This document shows positions 50,640-64,000 of a stretch of DNA of 64,000 nt, one piece after another. The notes under the pieces were generated by a model, which worked only from the letters and a program-made list of their open reading frames with translations, was not told the DNA's origin and did no database searches. Within the stretch, counting starts at the first letter, position 1; each line of letters starts with the position of its first letter. The DNA comes from Phoronis australis (Eukaryota; Animalia; Phoronida), in NCBI GenBank assembly GCA_002633005.1, contig NMRA01000098.1, positions 619,435 to 683,434 of the forward strand, written 5' to 3'. Made by a program: the position numbers and the translations under genes.

Positions 50640-53600
50640 GGCCACTTTTACCTGCTGATGTCTGCTCAATATTCTTTGGACATCATCAGCGTAATTATTT
50701 ACAAAAGACAACAAGTGTCAACATACAGCTCTAAAAACACAATGCCTGTTGTTTTTCTCTGAGGTGTGATGTTCTTTCAGCCTGTCTCAGAGGCGCTTCT
50801 GTATGAGTCCGATATAGAATTCCTTACAGTTGTCACATTCAACCTTATAAGCAACATTGCTATTGTTCAATAAAGGGATGGGTGACTTCAGTTTATACAG
50901 TATATTGGAAAGTTTCCAAAGAGGTTTGAAAACAACTATCAGTTCAACTGTTGGGTCTATGCATGAATGAGGCGAGATAATTGACGTTTCAATTTTATAC
51001 TACTTGGCCCGGTGTAACCAAGATAAAAGAAAACTTTCTTTATCTCGGGTCCAATAACAGCTACTTTATCTGCCTCATTCATTTTTGAAAGGAAGTGCCT
51101 TTTACAGCTATTTAAAAAATTCTGAGGGCAATCATTGGCACGCAATAACTGGAAAATCCTAGCTACGTCACTATCAAAATTTAAATTTGTGGAACGCATT
51201 CTCCAGGCACGGTGTAATCAGCAATTGACTAGACCTCTCTTTTATTAGATCGGCACAAAACTATCAAATTTAAGATAAAGCCAGAAAAACTGGGCTTACG
51301 ATACATAGATGTAGCAATGGTGCTATTCTCACGTTTAACCAAGACATCTACAAAAGGTAAACATGTCTCGTCAGTCCTCAGATTCACTGGACAGGTGAAG
51401 TTGATGGACGGATGCATATTGTTCATGTCATTGAAATAGGTGTTGATCAAGTTCTTGGATGAAAACATAACAAAGTATTGTCAACATACCTACGATAAAA
51501 ATGTGGTTTGCAATCCGGTGGACAACCAGCCAGAGCCTCAGTCTCAAGATTGTACATGGAAATATTAGCTAACACTGGTCCCAGGGGTGAACCCATGGCC
51601 ATTCCGTCAGTCTGGTCGTAAAAGTTATCATCAAACAGAAAAGGGTCCTGTTTAACTGCGATCGTGAGTAACTTTCGTAATTGGTTGCGAGTCAAAGTTT
51701 AAGGACCTTATCAGTATCAATGTACAGTTTGTTAAGACACAATTCAAAGACTTCATCCCAGTGGCGGATCTAGGATATCACAAGGGGGGGCCCAACATTT
51801 TGTCCGTCTGTAAACATTTGCGCAAACTGAACCACGATTGTAGATGCGCATAGCACCGAATGGGGGGAGGTCGGGAGGGGCGTTTGCCCCCCTCCCGCCC
51901 AGGAAATTTTTCTGTTTTGACCTCTAAATATCAAGTATTTTCCTTGATTCCTGAAGTATTAACCAAGAAAAAAAGGCAAAAATAAAACACGGAGAACGTG
52001 TCAAACAGGAAAAACTGCAAGTACCAAAGACTCGAACTCACAACCTTGTGCATAGAGTGCGCGTGCGTTACCACTACACCACCACGACTTAACTACCAAA
52101 CTCAAATTAAGAGACCTACTTGTTTATGGTCCACAGCGTTTGCGCGCGAAACCTACTTGTTTTTGTAATGCTTATTACACGTTTTGTGCCATCAATTCTT
52201 AACAAATTTGTCGTATTTAAAATAGTCTTAAAATGCCCAAAAGACCAAATCCGTTTTTCGTGTTGGCAATAATGACCGGGGATTGCTTTGGAAATCGTCT
52301 TAACATAAGGTTTGACAAAGAGAGTATTGCGAGTTTCTGAGTGATTCACTAAGGCTTCTATTAAAATTCCCATCTTACCAGCAGCTTCTGTTTTTTTATC
52401 GTCACTCAGGTTCCATTTTCTTTAAAAAATGAAGTAAATTTTCTTCATTGCACAGTGGAGCAGACGACGGAAACTGAGTCGTAGTGCGCAGCGCCACTGC
52501 CGGTCGCCTGGGATATCGCGGGAGAGCCTATACTTAGCCATAGTTCGTTACGAATGCGCCGTGTTCCGAATTTGGCACTTGAAATTGGATTTGAGCCCCC
52601 CCCCAACACTAAAACTGCACACATTTAAATCTTTTTTCATCCGTATACTTTTAATTACCGGGGTTAATTAATAAACTCAACATTTCCCTACGCTCTTACT
52701 GTTTTATTTTTTTTGCGGCAGCCAAGGGGGGGGGGGCCGGGCCCCCTGGCCTCCCCCCTAAATCCGCCTATGCATCCACAGGTACATTAGTAAAGAGGCT
52801 GCAAACATCTAGACTACACATAAAGGATACATCACTAAGTGCCCGGACTTCATTAACAAGCTGAGAAGAATCTTTAAGTGTGTAGTTATTCTCACTGATA
52901 GGTCTGAGAATTTTAACTAGGAATTTGGCAAGCTCATGAGTGTGTGTTCCCACACAGGACACAATAGGTCGCAGTGGTACACCATCCTTGTGTGTCGGTA
53001 TAGACGTGCTAGCTGTGACCTGCATGGTCCTATGCGATTGTAAGTGTCCTGGGCTAATGCACCTGTCCGTTTAAGATTATATAAACACTTCTGTAGGTGT
53101 TGTTCGCGCTTAACTGTCGGGTCATGATCGAGCTTGACGAATTTAGAACTGTCCTTGGCGATGCCATGTAGCTTAGAGAGGCGGTCAGTCTTATCCATGA
53201 TCACAATACCGTTACCTTTGTCAGGAGGCGCGATGGTGATGTTTTGACGTTGTGACCGGGAAGGCAAAGCCTAGTACTCATCCAGTGTGAGATTCTGAAG
53301 TTGGTTACTGTTCTAACCATAGATGTAGCGACAACAACATGTTCCACCAATATAAATTTTGATAGTGACGTAGCTAGGATTTTACGGTTATTGCGTGCCA
53401 ATGGTTACCCTCTGAATTTTTGGAATACCTGTAAAAGGCACTTCCTTTCAAAAATGAATGAGGCAGGTAAAGTAGCTGTTATTGGACCCGAGAAAAAGAA
53501 AATTCTCTTTTCTCTTGGTTACACCGTCCAAACTTGAAACGTCAATTATCTCGCCTTATTCATTGCATAGACCCACCCGTTTAACTGATAGTTGTTTTCA

Positions 53601-53760
53601 AACCTCTAGTTGGAAGCTTTCCAACATGCTGTGTAAACTGAAGTAACCCATCCCTTTAGTAGCAATGTTGTTTATAAGGTTGAATGTGACAACTGTGAGG
53701 AATTCTACATCGGACTAACACAGAGACGCCTCTGTGACAGGCTGAAAGAACACCTCAGAG
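50640..53760 (-). mobile_element. Penelope-like element (RT plus GIY-YIG), with a MITE insertion and an inverted segment at 53320-53760
   Basis: DKGNGIVIMDK, HKDGVPLRPIVS, SLDVCSLFTNVP, DGMAMGSPLGP, YRRYVDNT and FYIGLIQ. Same family as 22436-23866. Confidence 0.9.
51759..52772. mobile_element. 1-kb hAT-type non-autonomous element with 5-bp TSD CATCC, splitting the Penelope RT at NVPVD|EVFELCL
   Basis: Termini CAGTGGCGGAT...ATCCGCCTATG. CATCC at 51754-51758 and 52773-52777. Confidence 0.9.
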
Positions 53761-55995
53761 AACACGAGAGAAAAATTTCACTGAATTAAAATATCGTTTT
53801 TATGGAAATTATGCGTCTTACTTTTCATATCGTATAAATGTCGGTGCAATGCACTTTGCTGAATATGCAATTGTTGCGCGTGCTCATTTAAGTATTCTAT
53901 TTTCACGTTGGAAGACGTCAGCCGCTGAGTGGTGTAGTGGTAAAGTCGCCGACTCGAAACTCTTGACGCCCGGGTTCGAATCCCGCCAAAATGATATCTC
54001 ACTAGTGAGATAACTTTATGGGTTATTACACGGTTGTATCTGTCATTCAAGGCTAATATTGTGGTATAAATATAGATTATTACACGGCGAAGTCGTTATC
54101 CCCCGTTATCTAGAGCCCCAGTGGATTTTGGAGAATTATCGCCCGAGGGGCGTTAGCCCCGAGGGTGATAATTCTACAAAATCCACGAGGGCTCTAGATA
54201 AGGGGGATAACGACTGAGAACATGCAATAATCTATTAATAGCACATACTGAACGAGAAACATTGCAATGAATCGATCTACCTTTCTCGACTCGTCTCGGC
54301 TTTGTAACTACTTTCTATGTCAGAGGCCCGGGGTCGGAGGTAGTGGCCTTTTAAGAAAATCCGAGACATTTTTGTAAAATAATGCTTTTACTCAAAACCA
54401 ATTGAAAAATAAAACAAAATAGAAATAAAGTGAATTTATGAATTAAGGTTTAGCAACTGTTATAGCTTACTACACATTTTATCACGCTAAGCTTCGACCG
54501 GGAATAGTCTGCTAAAGTAGGTTACCACTAGTAACTGACTATAATGCTCAACTCAAAGGATCCCGACCACACGACACCTGCATTCAAATTGGAGATCAGT
54601 GATTTACAAGTGGGAGAACATGAGAGAAAAATTTCACTGAATTAAAATATCGTTTTTATGGAAATTATGCGTCTTATTTTTCATAGCGTATAATTGTCGG
54701 TGCAATGCACTTTGCAGAACATGTAATTGTTGCGCATGCTCATTTAAGTATTCTATTTTTACGTTCGATGATGTCAGCCGCTGAGTGGTGTAGTGGTTAA
54801 GTCGGCGACTGGCAACTGTTGAGGCCCGGGTTCGAATCCGGCCTCGGTTTCCCGCCAAAATGTTATCTCACTAGTTATCACACGGTTGTATCTGCCATTC
54901 GAGACTAATATTGTGGTATAAATATACTTATACCACAATATTAGCTGATCGCCGACTTTACCACTACACCACGCAGCGACTGACGTCATCAAGAGTGAAA
55001 ATAGAATACTTAAATGAGCACGCGCAATAATCGCACGTTCAACAAACCGCATTGTACTGTACTTATACGCTATGAAAAATAAGACACATAATTTCCATAA
55101 AAACGATATCTTAATTCGGTGAAATTTTTCTCTCATGTCCTCTTACTTGTAAATCGCCGATCTCTAGTTTGAATGCGGGTATCGTGTCGACTTCGACTTC
55201 GCCATGTAATAATCTATATTTATACCACAATATTAGCGTCAAATGGCAGATAAGGGGGATAACGGCTGAGAACATGTAATAATCTATTTATACCACATAC
55301 TAAACGAGAAACATTGCAATGAATCGATTTATCTTTTCTGACTCTCCACGGCTTTGTAACTACTTTCTATGTCAGAGGCCCGGGGTCGGAGGTCGCGACC
55401 TTTTAAGAAAAGCCCGGCTATTTTTGTCAAATAATGTTTTTACTCAAAACCAATTGAAAACTTAAATATTATAGAAATAAATTGAATTTATAAATTAAGG
55501 TTTACCAACTATTATAGCTTAAAACACGTTTTTTCACGCTAAGCTTCGACCGGGAAATCATCGTCTGCTAAAGTAGGTTACCACTGGTAACTGAATATAA
55601 TTCTCAAGTCAAAGATCCTGACGACACGATACCCGCATTCAAACTAGAGATCGGTGATTTACAAGTAAGAGGACATGAGAGAAAAATTTCACAGAATGAA
55701 GATATCATTTTTATGGAAATTATGTGTCTTAGTTTTCGTAGCGTATAAGTACAGTACAATGCGGTTTGTTGAACGTGTGATTATTGCGCGTGCTCAGTTA
55801 AGTATTCTATTTTCACTCTTGATGATGTCAGTCGCTGCGTGGTGTAGTGGTAAAGTCGGCGACCAGCAATATTAGGGTCCCGGGTTCGACCCCGTCCTCG
55901 GTTTCCCGCCAAATCGTTATCTCACTAGTGAGATAACTTTATGGGTTATTACACGGTTGTATCTGCCATTTGAGGCTAATATTGTGGTATAAAAC
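53760..55995. repeat. Direct and inverted repeat array carrying tRNA-like (Pol III A/B box) units
   Basis: TGGTGTAGTGG...GGTTCGA units at ~53925, 54785 and 55840, plus an inverted partial at ~54960. 54200-54920 is repeated at 55250-55995. Hairpins are centred near 54153 and 54925. Confidence 0.85.
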
Positions 55996-56336
55996 CGTGT
56001 AATAAGTTCAAATCACCCAGCCCATCACTGGTTGGCTGGCAACAGCTTCATGCAAAAACATCTTTTTTTCAATCGTGAAAATCGTCTATCTTAATCAGTG
56101 GGGAAGCGAAAAAAAGCAAAAATCGCCAATTTTCAATTAACTGTTGCTGCAGCCGTGGGCAGTGCAAAAAGCACCGTTGCTTTTTTGCCGACCGAAGCCG
56201 TCGTATCTTGCCATATTTGTTTATTGCACATACGTCCGCTAAACGTCTCTACGGTCCATGAAACAACAATGTCCGCCAGTGGCCGTCCAATGGGATTTCT
56301 CTAGAAGATTTGTCTCTTTCTCTACGGTCTCTGATG

Positions 56337-58813
56337 TAGCATGGGAAGATAGCCAGTGGAATTCGTATGATTTGTGTCCCTTGGACTTATTGTTCGTCAA
56401 CAGGCGGGCTTTCGCGTAACTTCCTCAAAATAGCAAAAGCCGGGTGAGCAAAGTTTGAGTCAACCGCAACAGATATTCATAGATAAGTTTAAATTAACTC
56501 TGACTTATTGTCTCCAGAGTCATAATATGTATTCATTATAACTAAATCTGAATATATGCATGTTTCATCCGAATTTATTCGCTGCATTTTGAGATTAGTA
56601 ACTTTTATGGGAGTGTACTATCTTCTGTGTATACCACATGCGATGTAATTGCCGATGTCACCAGTGTGACATGAAATGACCGATTAATATTTCTAGCGTA
56701 TCGGACACCGGCTACCGTCAATGGTGGCTGACGGTAACCTGACCATGGTTGTCTGCTGTAAACAGGCAAGATTTCGGGAGGTATTGTCATGCATAAAAAG
56801 TGAAGAAAGTGGTAACACAAACTTCACTTACGAGTGTCTTGCGTCCACGAATCTAGTAGCTCATCCGTGACAGTGCCATCTAGAATGTGACACCGTACCA
56901 TTCAGATTATTCTGGGCATATCTGCACATCTCCTGGCTCTAGTCTAATCGGTTTATAATTTACGTTCTTGCGATTATGTAGGACACTAGATGTGCAATAT
57001 TACAAGAACTATTATCAGGGTTCGAATTGTTTGTTTTAAACCCATGAAAAGCTTTATTCTTGGTTTGTACCTCAAACAAAAATGCTTGAGAGATTAGTTC
57101 TAGCCCTGTTTATGACCATTTTATGAGAGTTGGGGTGATGTCCAGCAGTCACATGTGTGGCGAAGACACATTAAACTGGGTAATTAACAAGATGTATGCC
57201 CAAAAGGAAATTTAAAGTTAGCCAAACTACTTTTGGAGATCTCAAATTAGATGTATATTATGCAAATTTACGGTATTATTTACCTGCAAATAAATTTCTT
57301 AAAATTCACTGACCACAAAACATGGGTGGAAATATCGAAATAACCTACATGAAGCGTCGGGAACGAAGTTATCATGAGCAAAAACACAAATTTAAACAGC
57401 ATTTCAAAAAATGGTGGCCATTAATTGCAGAAATTATGCAAACTTATCACATAACAACCTGCAGAATGAGTTCATTGAGAAACAAAACACTGGTGCACAT
57501 ATTAATATAATTACCCTGTGGTACCTGATACCAGCAGCAGTGAGAACACGAAGTAGACTTTCAATTATGCCTACCTTAATTTGCATACCCTATGCAAATT
57601 TTCAGTGAATTCACTTCCGAATTAGCTAGATTAAATTCCCTCAAGCATGGGGAAAACATCAACATAATCTATATGCAGTGCTTGGCAACTAAGTTACAAG
57701 CAAATATAATTCTTCATAATGTCGGCCTTAATTTGCAAATTTAAAAAGATTTTCAAGGTTGTCCTGATGACAACTTAGCTGAAATTCTCCAGGTGTGCAA
57801 CCTAGACATCAAACGAACAAAAAACCTTAGTTTAAACTAATAAACATTTCTATGTACTCATTATGTGGCTACTGGACGAGTTATGTTGTCCACAGGAAAG
57901 TGTCGCTAAATTTTTGAGCGAAAATTACGTCAACAGGTAGGCCAGCGGTCTTTCATACCCAAATATCACTAGTACTTGATCATATTTTTGTCTTGTATCC
58001 CGGGAATCCTCCATTAGCATTACTCCGTTGCTAATAGAAGGCCGATGCGAGTCAAGGCCACGTTTGTTTTGGCATCGGTGATGACGACCGCTTGCTTGAA
58101 GCCCCTTGTGGCACCGTCTTTGAAGACTTCTGTTTTTGTTCATGTTTTAGAGGGAACAATTTTAGTTGTTGAGGACGCATGGCTAGCTTGTCTAATTACG
58201 CACGATGAAACGGTTGCTGTGAAAGGTCAACATGATTTTTTCCAGTTCTACAGTGTTACGTCTATCGATAAAATTACTACTTCCAATAGGTTTGATTTAC
58301 CAAATTTATCGAACGACTTATTATAGATGTAGGTACAGTATCTATTGGCAGACCTGTGCATATTAACTCAATCGACAGGACTTAGTCACTCTATCGGTAG
58401 AGTTATTTCCTCAATAGCTCACTTGCGGGTTTCCAGTTAGTCAATGTGACGTCACTGGAAGTAGGGCAAAACCCGTCATATTGGCCTTGTTTTGCCCCGA
58501 GTCTTTGCTACACAAACAAAATCTGTAACGGACTGAAGTTGGAACTCGACCCGGTTAGGCCTGAATGCCACAGGCATACAGGGGCGATAGTATATCCCAA
58601 TAAAAAGTTCCTTATTTCAAAATAAAGCAAATAAAATAAAACCAAACATGCATATGTGCACATGGGGTTATGATTAACATATACCATGACTCTAGATACA
58701 ATTTAGTCAACGGGCGCCATTTTGAGAAATTTAGGTGAAATCACGCCTGTTGACGAACAGCAAGTCCAAGGGACACAAATCTTACAAATTTCACTTGATA
58801 TCTTCACATGCTA
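56337..58813. mobile_element. ~2.5-kb element with ~100-bp TIRs
   Basis: tagcatgggaagata...gtgtcccttggactt...tcgtcaacaggcg versus cgcctgttgacgaac...aagtccaagggacac...tatcttcacatgcta. Confidence 0.75.
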
Positions 58814-58874
58814 TTTTGCAAGTGTCACGCGCCAGGTCACGCGCTTCGATCAGTCTCGCGCTAGCCTTTGCCTC

Positions 58875-60639
58875 ATAGACCCTATTCACGCGGCGGCCAT
58901 TAAGATCCAAAGCGGGGCTCACTGCGATAAACAAAGCGAAAGTAGACATTGCGTGAGTTAAATAGCCGGTCTTTCGAGTCCAACCTGGATATCAAATTTT
59001 AACGATGTGTCGACAATTAACTACAGAGACGTAGAAAATTACATTAGAGAACAAGTTAACGCGCCAAAGAGTTGTCTGACGAAAGGGTTTATTTTTTTTC
59101 GGAAAACTAGGTTCGAAACATGAAAAGTAAATATGACAAAAATTGCGGCGATCGTAGTGTTACGGATTAGGTATTATGCTGAATGCAGAGTTACGTTTTT
59201 TCTTGTAAATTGTTGATCAAAATACTTCCGACGCGGGCCAGGTCATCTGCTCGTATTGTTGACGAGTTGAAGACATATTCGACAGTGGTGTCTGTCATGT
59301 GCAGTCACATCTGGTTTAATTTGTTGATCAAGAACATTAACATCAAGCATAGCCTGATCCTATGCACTCACTGGGACTAACAGTTGATTTGTCATTGGTC
59401 TGAAAGAATAATTGATGTTATTAAATATATTTTTATTAAAATAAAAAACCAGGTTCATAATTGAAAATAAAAATTATTTGACCATCAATGCTTTCTTGGT
59501 TGTAATAATTCTTACGTCTATTTCATGTGTTAGATTTCAAATATCAATCTGGACCAAGTTGAATTTTAAAATTAAAATACCTGATTCGTTCGTCCAAAAC
59601 ATAACATCGTTTTAGAACTCAATTTCAGTTAACTGGACAATGCAATCATAGTTATCATGTTTCTGCAGAAGCCTCTTTCATCCGAGGGGAACGGTGCCAG
59701 TGCCTACCGAGAGGCGATTTTTTCGCCGAGTGAGGGCGGGAACAATCTACCTCCCGATCACCATCAATAGCACCCCCGCCCTATTGCAAGCTCTCATAGG
59801 CTCTGCCTCAATTTAAAGTAGCCTTTTGTGCTCTTAAAAATTGTCACCTGTGTGGTTACAGGTGATGTGAACTAGTGGAATTTTTATCAGTGCCTCGTGG
59901 GGGAAATTTCGCGTGATATTTCAATATGTTTGAGAGGGGAATAGGGCCGATATTGGGTCCCAAATTTGAGGGATTGAGGGCTAAGTCCTTTTTGGAAAGA
60001 AAAATTATAATGTTTCAACCCGTAGCAGGGGCGGATCCAGGTTTTTCAGTTAGAGGGGGCAGGGCACAGGAATAAGCAGCATTTCGGCAGATGCGCGCGC
60101 CCAGCCTAAACTCTGGGATGCAGGGGTCTTGAATTCTTGGGTTTGCGGACCTGTTGACCAAAAAAAAAAATGGTAAACGGGGTTCATTCAGCGCCTACAT
60201 GTATGCGTTGTTTATTCACTCCCCAAGACCCGCCCTGGTTGCGCACGTGTGCTAGTCAGCAATTCGCACCCGAACTCAAAAATGGGATCTGATACAATTT
60301 TAGTAGTCATGAAAACACAGCCTGGCTGGCCCATTCTCCGGTCGTTACTATGATGCGTAACAACTGACCGACAAACATGCGACAAAATATGATCTAACTT
60401 TTCGAAAACATTTATAAATTTTACACGGTCATATTTTCCTTCGTCGCGGCAACGACCCAACGCTTTCGAATTTCAACGTCTTTAGAGATTGTGAAGAAGA
60501 CAGTTGCGTGTCCGTATTTTTTCTAGCCGTTGGCGGAACAACACGGTCTGAAACACAGAACTATGCTGATAAGCTAACACAGCTATCGTAGCGAGCCTAG
60601 TTTTGGAATGCGCCTCCTGTCGGCGTGAATAGGGTCTAT
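58875..60639. mobile_element. ~1.8-kb element with 17-bp perfect TIRs
   Basis: ATAGACCCTATTCACGC ... GCGTGAATAGGGTCTAT. Contains a nested hAT MITE fragment at ~60026. Confidence 0.75.
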
Positions 60640-62089
60640 ACTCACCTGACTCAATAAAATAAATTGTGGTTATTTTTGCTAACTAATAAGAAAGGCATAT
60701 TTTACAGGCTACTTTGTAATTGGTGAAGATGTACCATTATACATGTTGACATACGCTGTTATAAATAGCTAATTTGTACAACTTCCAAGGTTTGTGCTAA
60801 AACGTAGAAGGACTATTCTGTGAATTGCCCATTCAGTTGACCCCACACTCTGCTGAAAAGCAGTTAATGATTAAAGAGGCCTAGAACACGATGAAAAGAC
60901 TAAAGTGGAATTATGAAAGCGGCTCTCCGTCACTGAAACAAAATTCAATCTTTTCACCAGTTATTTTTCAGGGTTTGTTCGTAAATTTTTAATTTCTTCT
61001 GATATCGGGGAATTTTCTTTTAGTTTCAAATTTAAAAAACGATCTGATTACTGCTCGCCACTCTCATGAGGCAAAGCATTGTCTCCTTATTTGACATGGC
61101 AAGAAATAGACATAGACATAGCACATTTTCCTTACACGGAAAATGTGACTTGTGACCTCAAGCGACTTCAACCAACTGACAGGGAGATTATAAATTCTGA
61201 GTTTTTCCTTGATGCGTATTTCAAAAATCGTGAAATTTGTGATTCTTTTCTTGAAATTTCCTCACAGGGTCACATGGGAAAGTGAATTAATCTTTACTAG
61301 ACGTTGTGAGATGGTACTTTCGTCAGGAATTGTTTAAATGACGTTTTTGACAAGCTATCGCTTACCTTGCCTCTTTAAATTGGTTTTTTTGTTTGAAAAT
61401 TCAACCGTTCTTCAAGCTGCGATTGTGTGCAACAATATGTTTTCGACCTTCCACCGGCGTTCGGCAGGTGCTTAAAATAGATATTAAATTAAAGCTAACG
61501 TTTCATGATAAAATATATCTTTCAATTCATAAACTGCATATAACAAAACTTTTTATCCCACCTTGCCTTCGACCCATGCAAGATAAGAAACGCCCAATTC
61601 TGTCACACATTTCCGTTATGAGTGCGCCCACCAGTTCCACTCGCAAGACTTGCATTTTTAACTAATTTGAAGTAACGAAAAGAAACGCATGTGCCTAATA
61701 TTCGTTTAAAGACTTGCGATAATGTTTTTGTCCTTCCACTTACGATGAAGAAACATCAGAAATGATGTGGCAATCGACTTTGGGATCCGCCGTTGTATTT
61801 CAGTTTTTATCCGAAGCGATCAGAGACCGGCGCATTTGCTGCCCGTTTGCGTTCTCAAGACCCCCATCCCGAAGTGGTTTATCATCAGTAGCTTCTGTGT
61901 TCGATGTTTCGTCACATTTGAGAGAAAAAAAATGCTAAAATTTCCTCATCGCTGTATTCCATGTCGGGACAAGCTTTGTGTGACCGAGTATAACATGCCT
62001 GTTTCACGGACATGTCGTCATCATAGCCCTGTATTCAGAATTGACTCTGCCGAAGTGGGATAAGATCATTAACTGAATGGCTTCCCTAA

Positions 62090-64000
62090 CAGGGGACTTT
62101 TGGGGGCAGAGAAAATTTCTCACTGTACGTGCTTTGTTTATCAGGACACATCTTTTACACTCTGCCGAAAACTGTATGTAAAGAATGACTTTTATTCTGT
62201 CATTTCACATCAACAGCTCTACAGATGAACGCAGAAATTTTACTGTTTTCTTATATTTTTGGCCCTTTCACTCCTACTGAAGAGAAGGTAGGCTAAGAAA
62301 AAGGGTAAAAGCACAAAATTTGCACTTTTAACTCCAAAACCACCACTTACCTACCAATGCACGACATAAGCCAACATTAAAGTCTGAAACCAAATGGCCA
62401 ACAAATTCCAAAAGTGTGGTCCAAAAGTACTGTCAACCAACTACTCAGCAATACACAAATGCAACAGGAGGCTGAAGAAGAGTGTAGCTACAGCCGACCG
62501 AGTACTTTTTCTCACATGTTCGCAAATGCAAACACACCACATTCACTAATCCTACATGCAACGCCTACCTAACTGACCCTAGGCCAGGTACACCCTAAAT
62601 ATTAATATTTTGGCACCCCAATCGTCCATGGCAGCAGCCTAACTGTTCAGTGTCACATTTTCAAATTGGCGCTCTCTAGAGTAAAGAGAGCACGAAAGTG
62701 ACAGTCGATTGATCCCGATTGACCACATGATGCAGAGGAATGAATTCCACTGTCCGCCCATCCCATCGTTGATATTTTCTCAAGTTTAATAGTCAGGATA
62801 TGCTAACTGTTCTTACTTTTATACTGTTTGTTTACCAGAGTTAAATGAAGCCAGTAAAACGAACTCAGTCTAGTCACCACAGTCGACCTTGTTATTCAAA
62901 CGTTGGCACAAGCCTGTGACTAGTCTGTTACTTTATGCAAGTGTCTGAAACGATTTTTGTATGTAAATCACATTGATGATTTTAACCATTTATTCCGATG
63001 TAAACCAGCCGGCGACGGCATGTCTTCGCCTTTCGCCAGTGCTGGTCTCGCTGCGCACCCGCCTACATTGACTGCAGCTCCGACACCGTCAAAATAATTT
63101 CTGTAACATTTTGTCAACAATTTTAATAAAAACTGTCCCTAGTTTGGTTTTGTTAAAGTTAAGGTCTGCTTTCGATTACTTTATCCCCGTTTGCAAGCTA
63201 GTAAAAGGCACTGCTCCAGTGGCACAGCTGGCGTTCTTAAGCCTCAGGGTTCCTAAATGAATTATACTTCCGGTTTCGCGGTTAGTTCGAAATGGCAGCG
63301 TGTTTTTCGGGACAAAATCGTGACACTGAACAGTTAGACTGCGGCCGCGGCCAGTTTGCACTCCGAAATGTTAAAATCTAAGGGTAGGCCAGGCTTGGGG
63401 GCATTTTTAGTTAGGTATTGTATGTAGGCCAAGTCAGAGAATTTGGTTTGTTTGTAGTTGTGAACATGCTGGGAATTAAAAAAGGCCACTTTCTTGGCTG
63501 TAACTGCACTCTTCTTCAAGATGGTGGCCCCCTGTTGTAGTTGTGCATTGCTGTGTAGCAACTGAGAAATTGGCCGCGATTTCAGGTAGCCCTCAAACAA
63601 GCCAGATTTGCAAAAAAAATACTAGTTGGTTGACAGTACTTTTGGACCACATTTTTGGAATCGGTAGGAAATTTGCTTTCGGAATCTAATATTGGCTTTA
63701 GTCTAGCATCAACAGGGAAGTGGTGGTTTTGGGGTGAAAAATGCCAATTTTGCATTTTTATCCTTATTTTTCTTAGTCTAGCTTGGTTTCCACTGGGTGT
63801 GAAAGGGTCAGAAATACAAGAGAGAACAAAGTTTTTGTGCTCATCTGTAGGGCTTGTGATGTGAAATGGCTCAAACTATTTCTTTATTTGCATGCAGTTT
63901 TGGCACAGTGAAGAGTCCATTGACGAGTGTTCTTATAGGCAAATCCTTGTGAGAACTCTTCAGTGCCTCCTTAGTGGTGCGGTTACTTAAAATTTCTTTG
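62090..64000. mobile_element. Element with ~350-400-bp imperfect TIRs; the right arm runs to the window edge
   Basis: 62150-62445 is the reverse complement of ~63620-63930 (tggtccaaaagtactgtcaaccaacta vs tagttggttgacagtacttttggacca). Confidence 0.75.

Noticed and set aside
53921-53990. Functional tRNA genes (also 54778, 55832, 17255 and 32265-32325 minus)
   Set aside because: A and B boxes are present, but the acceptor and anticodon stems are inconsistent and the copies sit in repeats.
57755-57795. CTGATGA...GAAA as a hammerhead
   Set aside because: Stems I and II do not form; the local hairpin gttgtc/gacaac competes.

Overview
Repeat-rich eukaryotic genomic DNA, most likely from an invertebrate animal; there are no prokaryotic features. 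Two host genes are supported. The first is a minus-strand SLC22-family (Orct/OAT/OCTN-like) transporter, with nine coding exons traced by hand between 45390 and 29536; all carry GT-AG sites with matching phases, and the last exon was not found. The second is a plus-strand spliced gene (24574-24968 joined to 26182-26353) that the ORF track splits in two. It encodes a signal peptide, a ~70-aa acidic propiece (net about -20) and a ~100-aa cationic Cys-rich domain (net about +18, 11 Cys, CxxxC...GxC...CxC). This is a candidate new macin/CS-alpha-beta-like antimicrobial or toxin precursor and the most interesting item in the window. The remainder is decayed mobile DNA: an RLE-type (HERO-like) non-LTR element, an L1/Tx1 LINE split by a foldback element, two Penelope-like elements with inverted segments and hammerhead-like cores, an intron-containing hAT transposase relic, hAT MITEs with 5-bp TSDs, a mariner relic, Helentron-type HINEs, a probable solo LTR, a tRNA-box foldback array, microsatellites and one 370-N gap. 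All calls come from reading the sequence; no searches were run, and element boundaries without a TSD are approximate.
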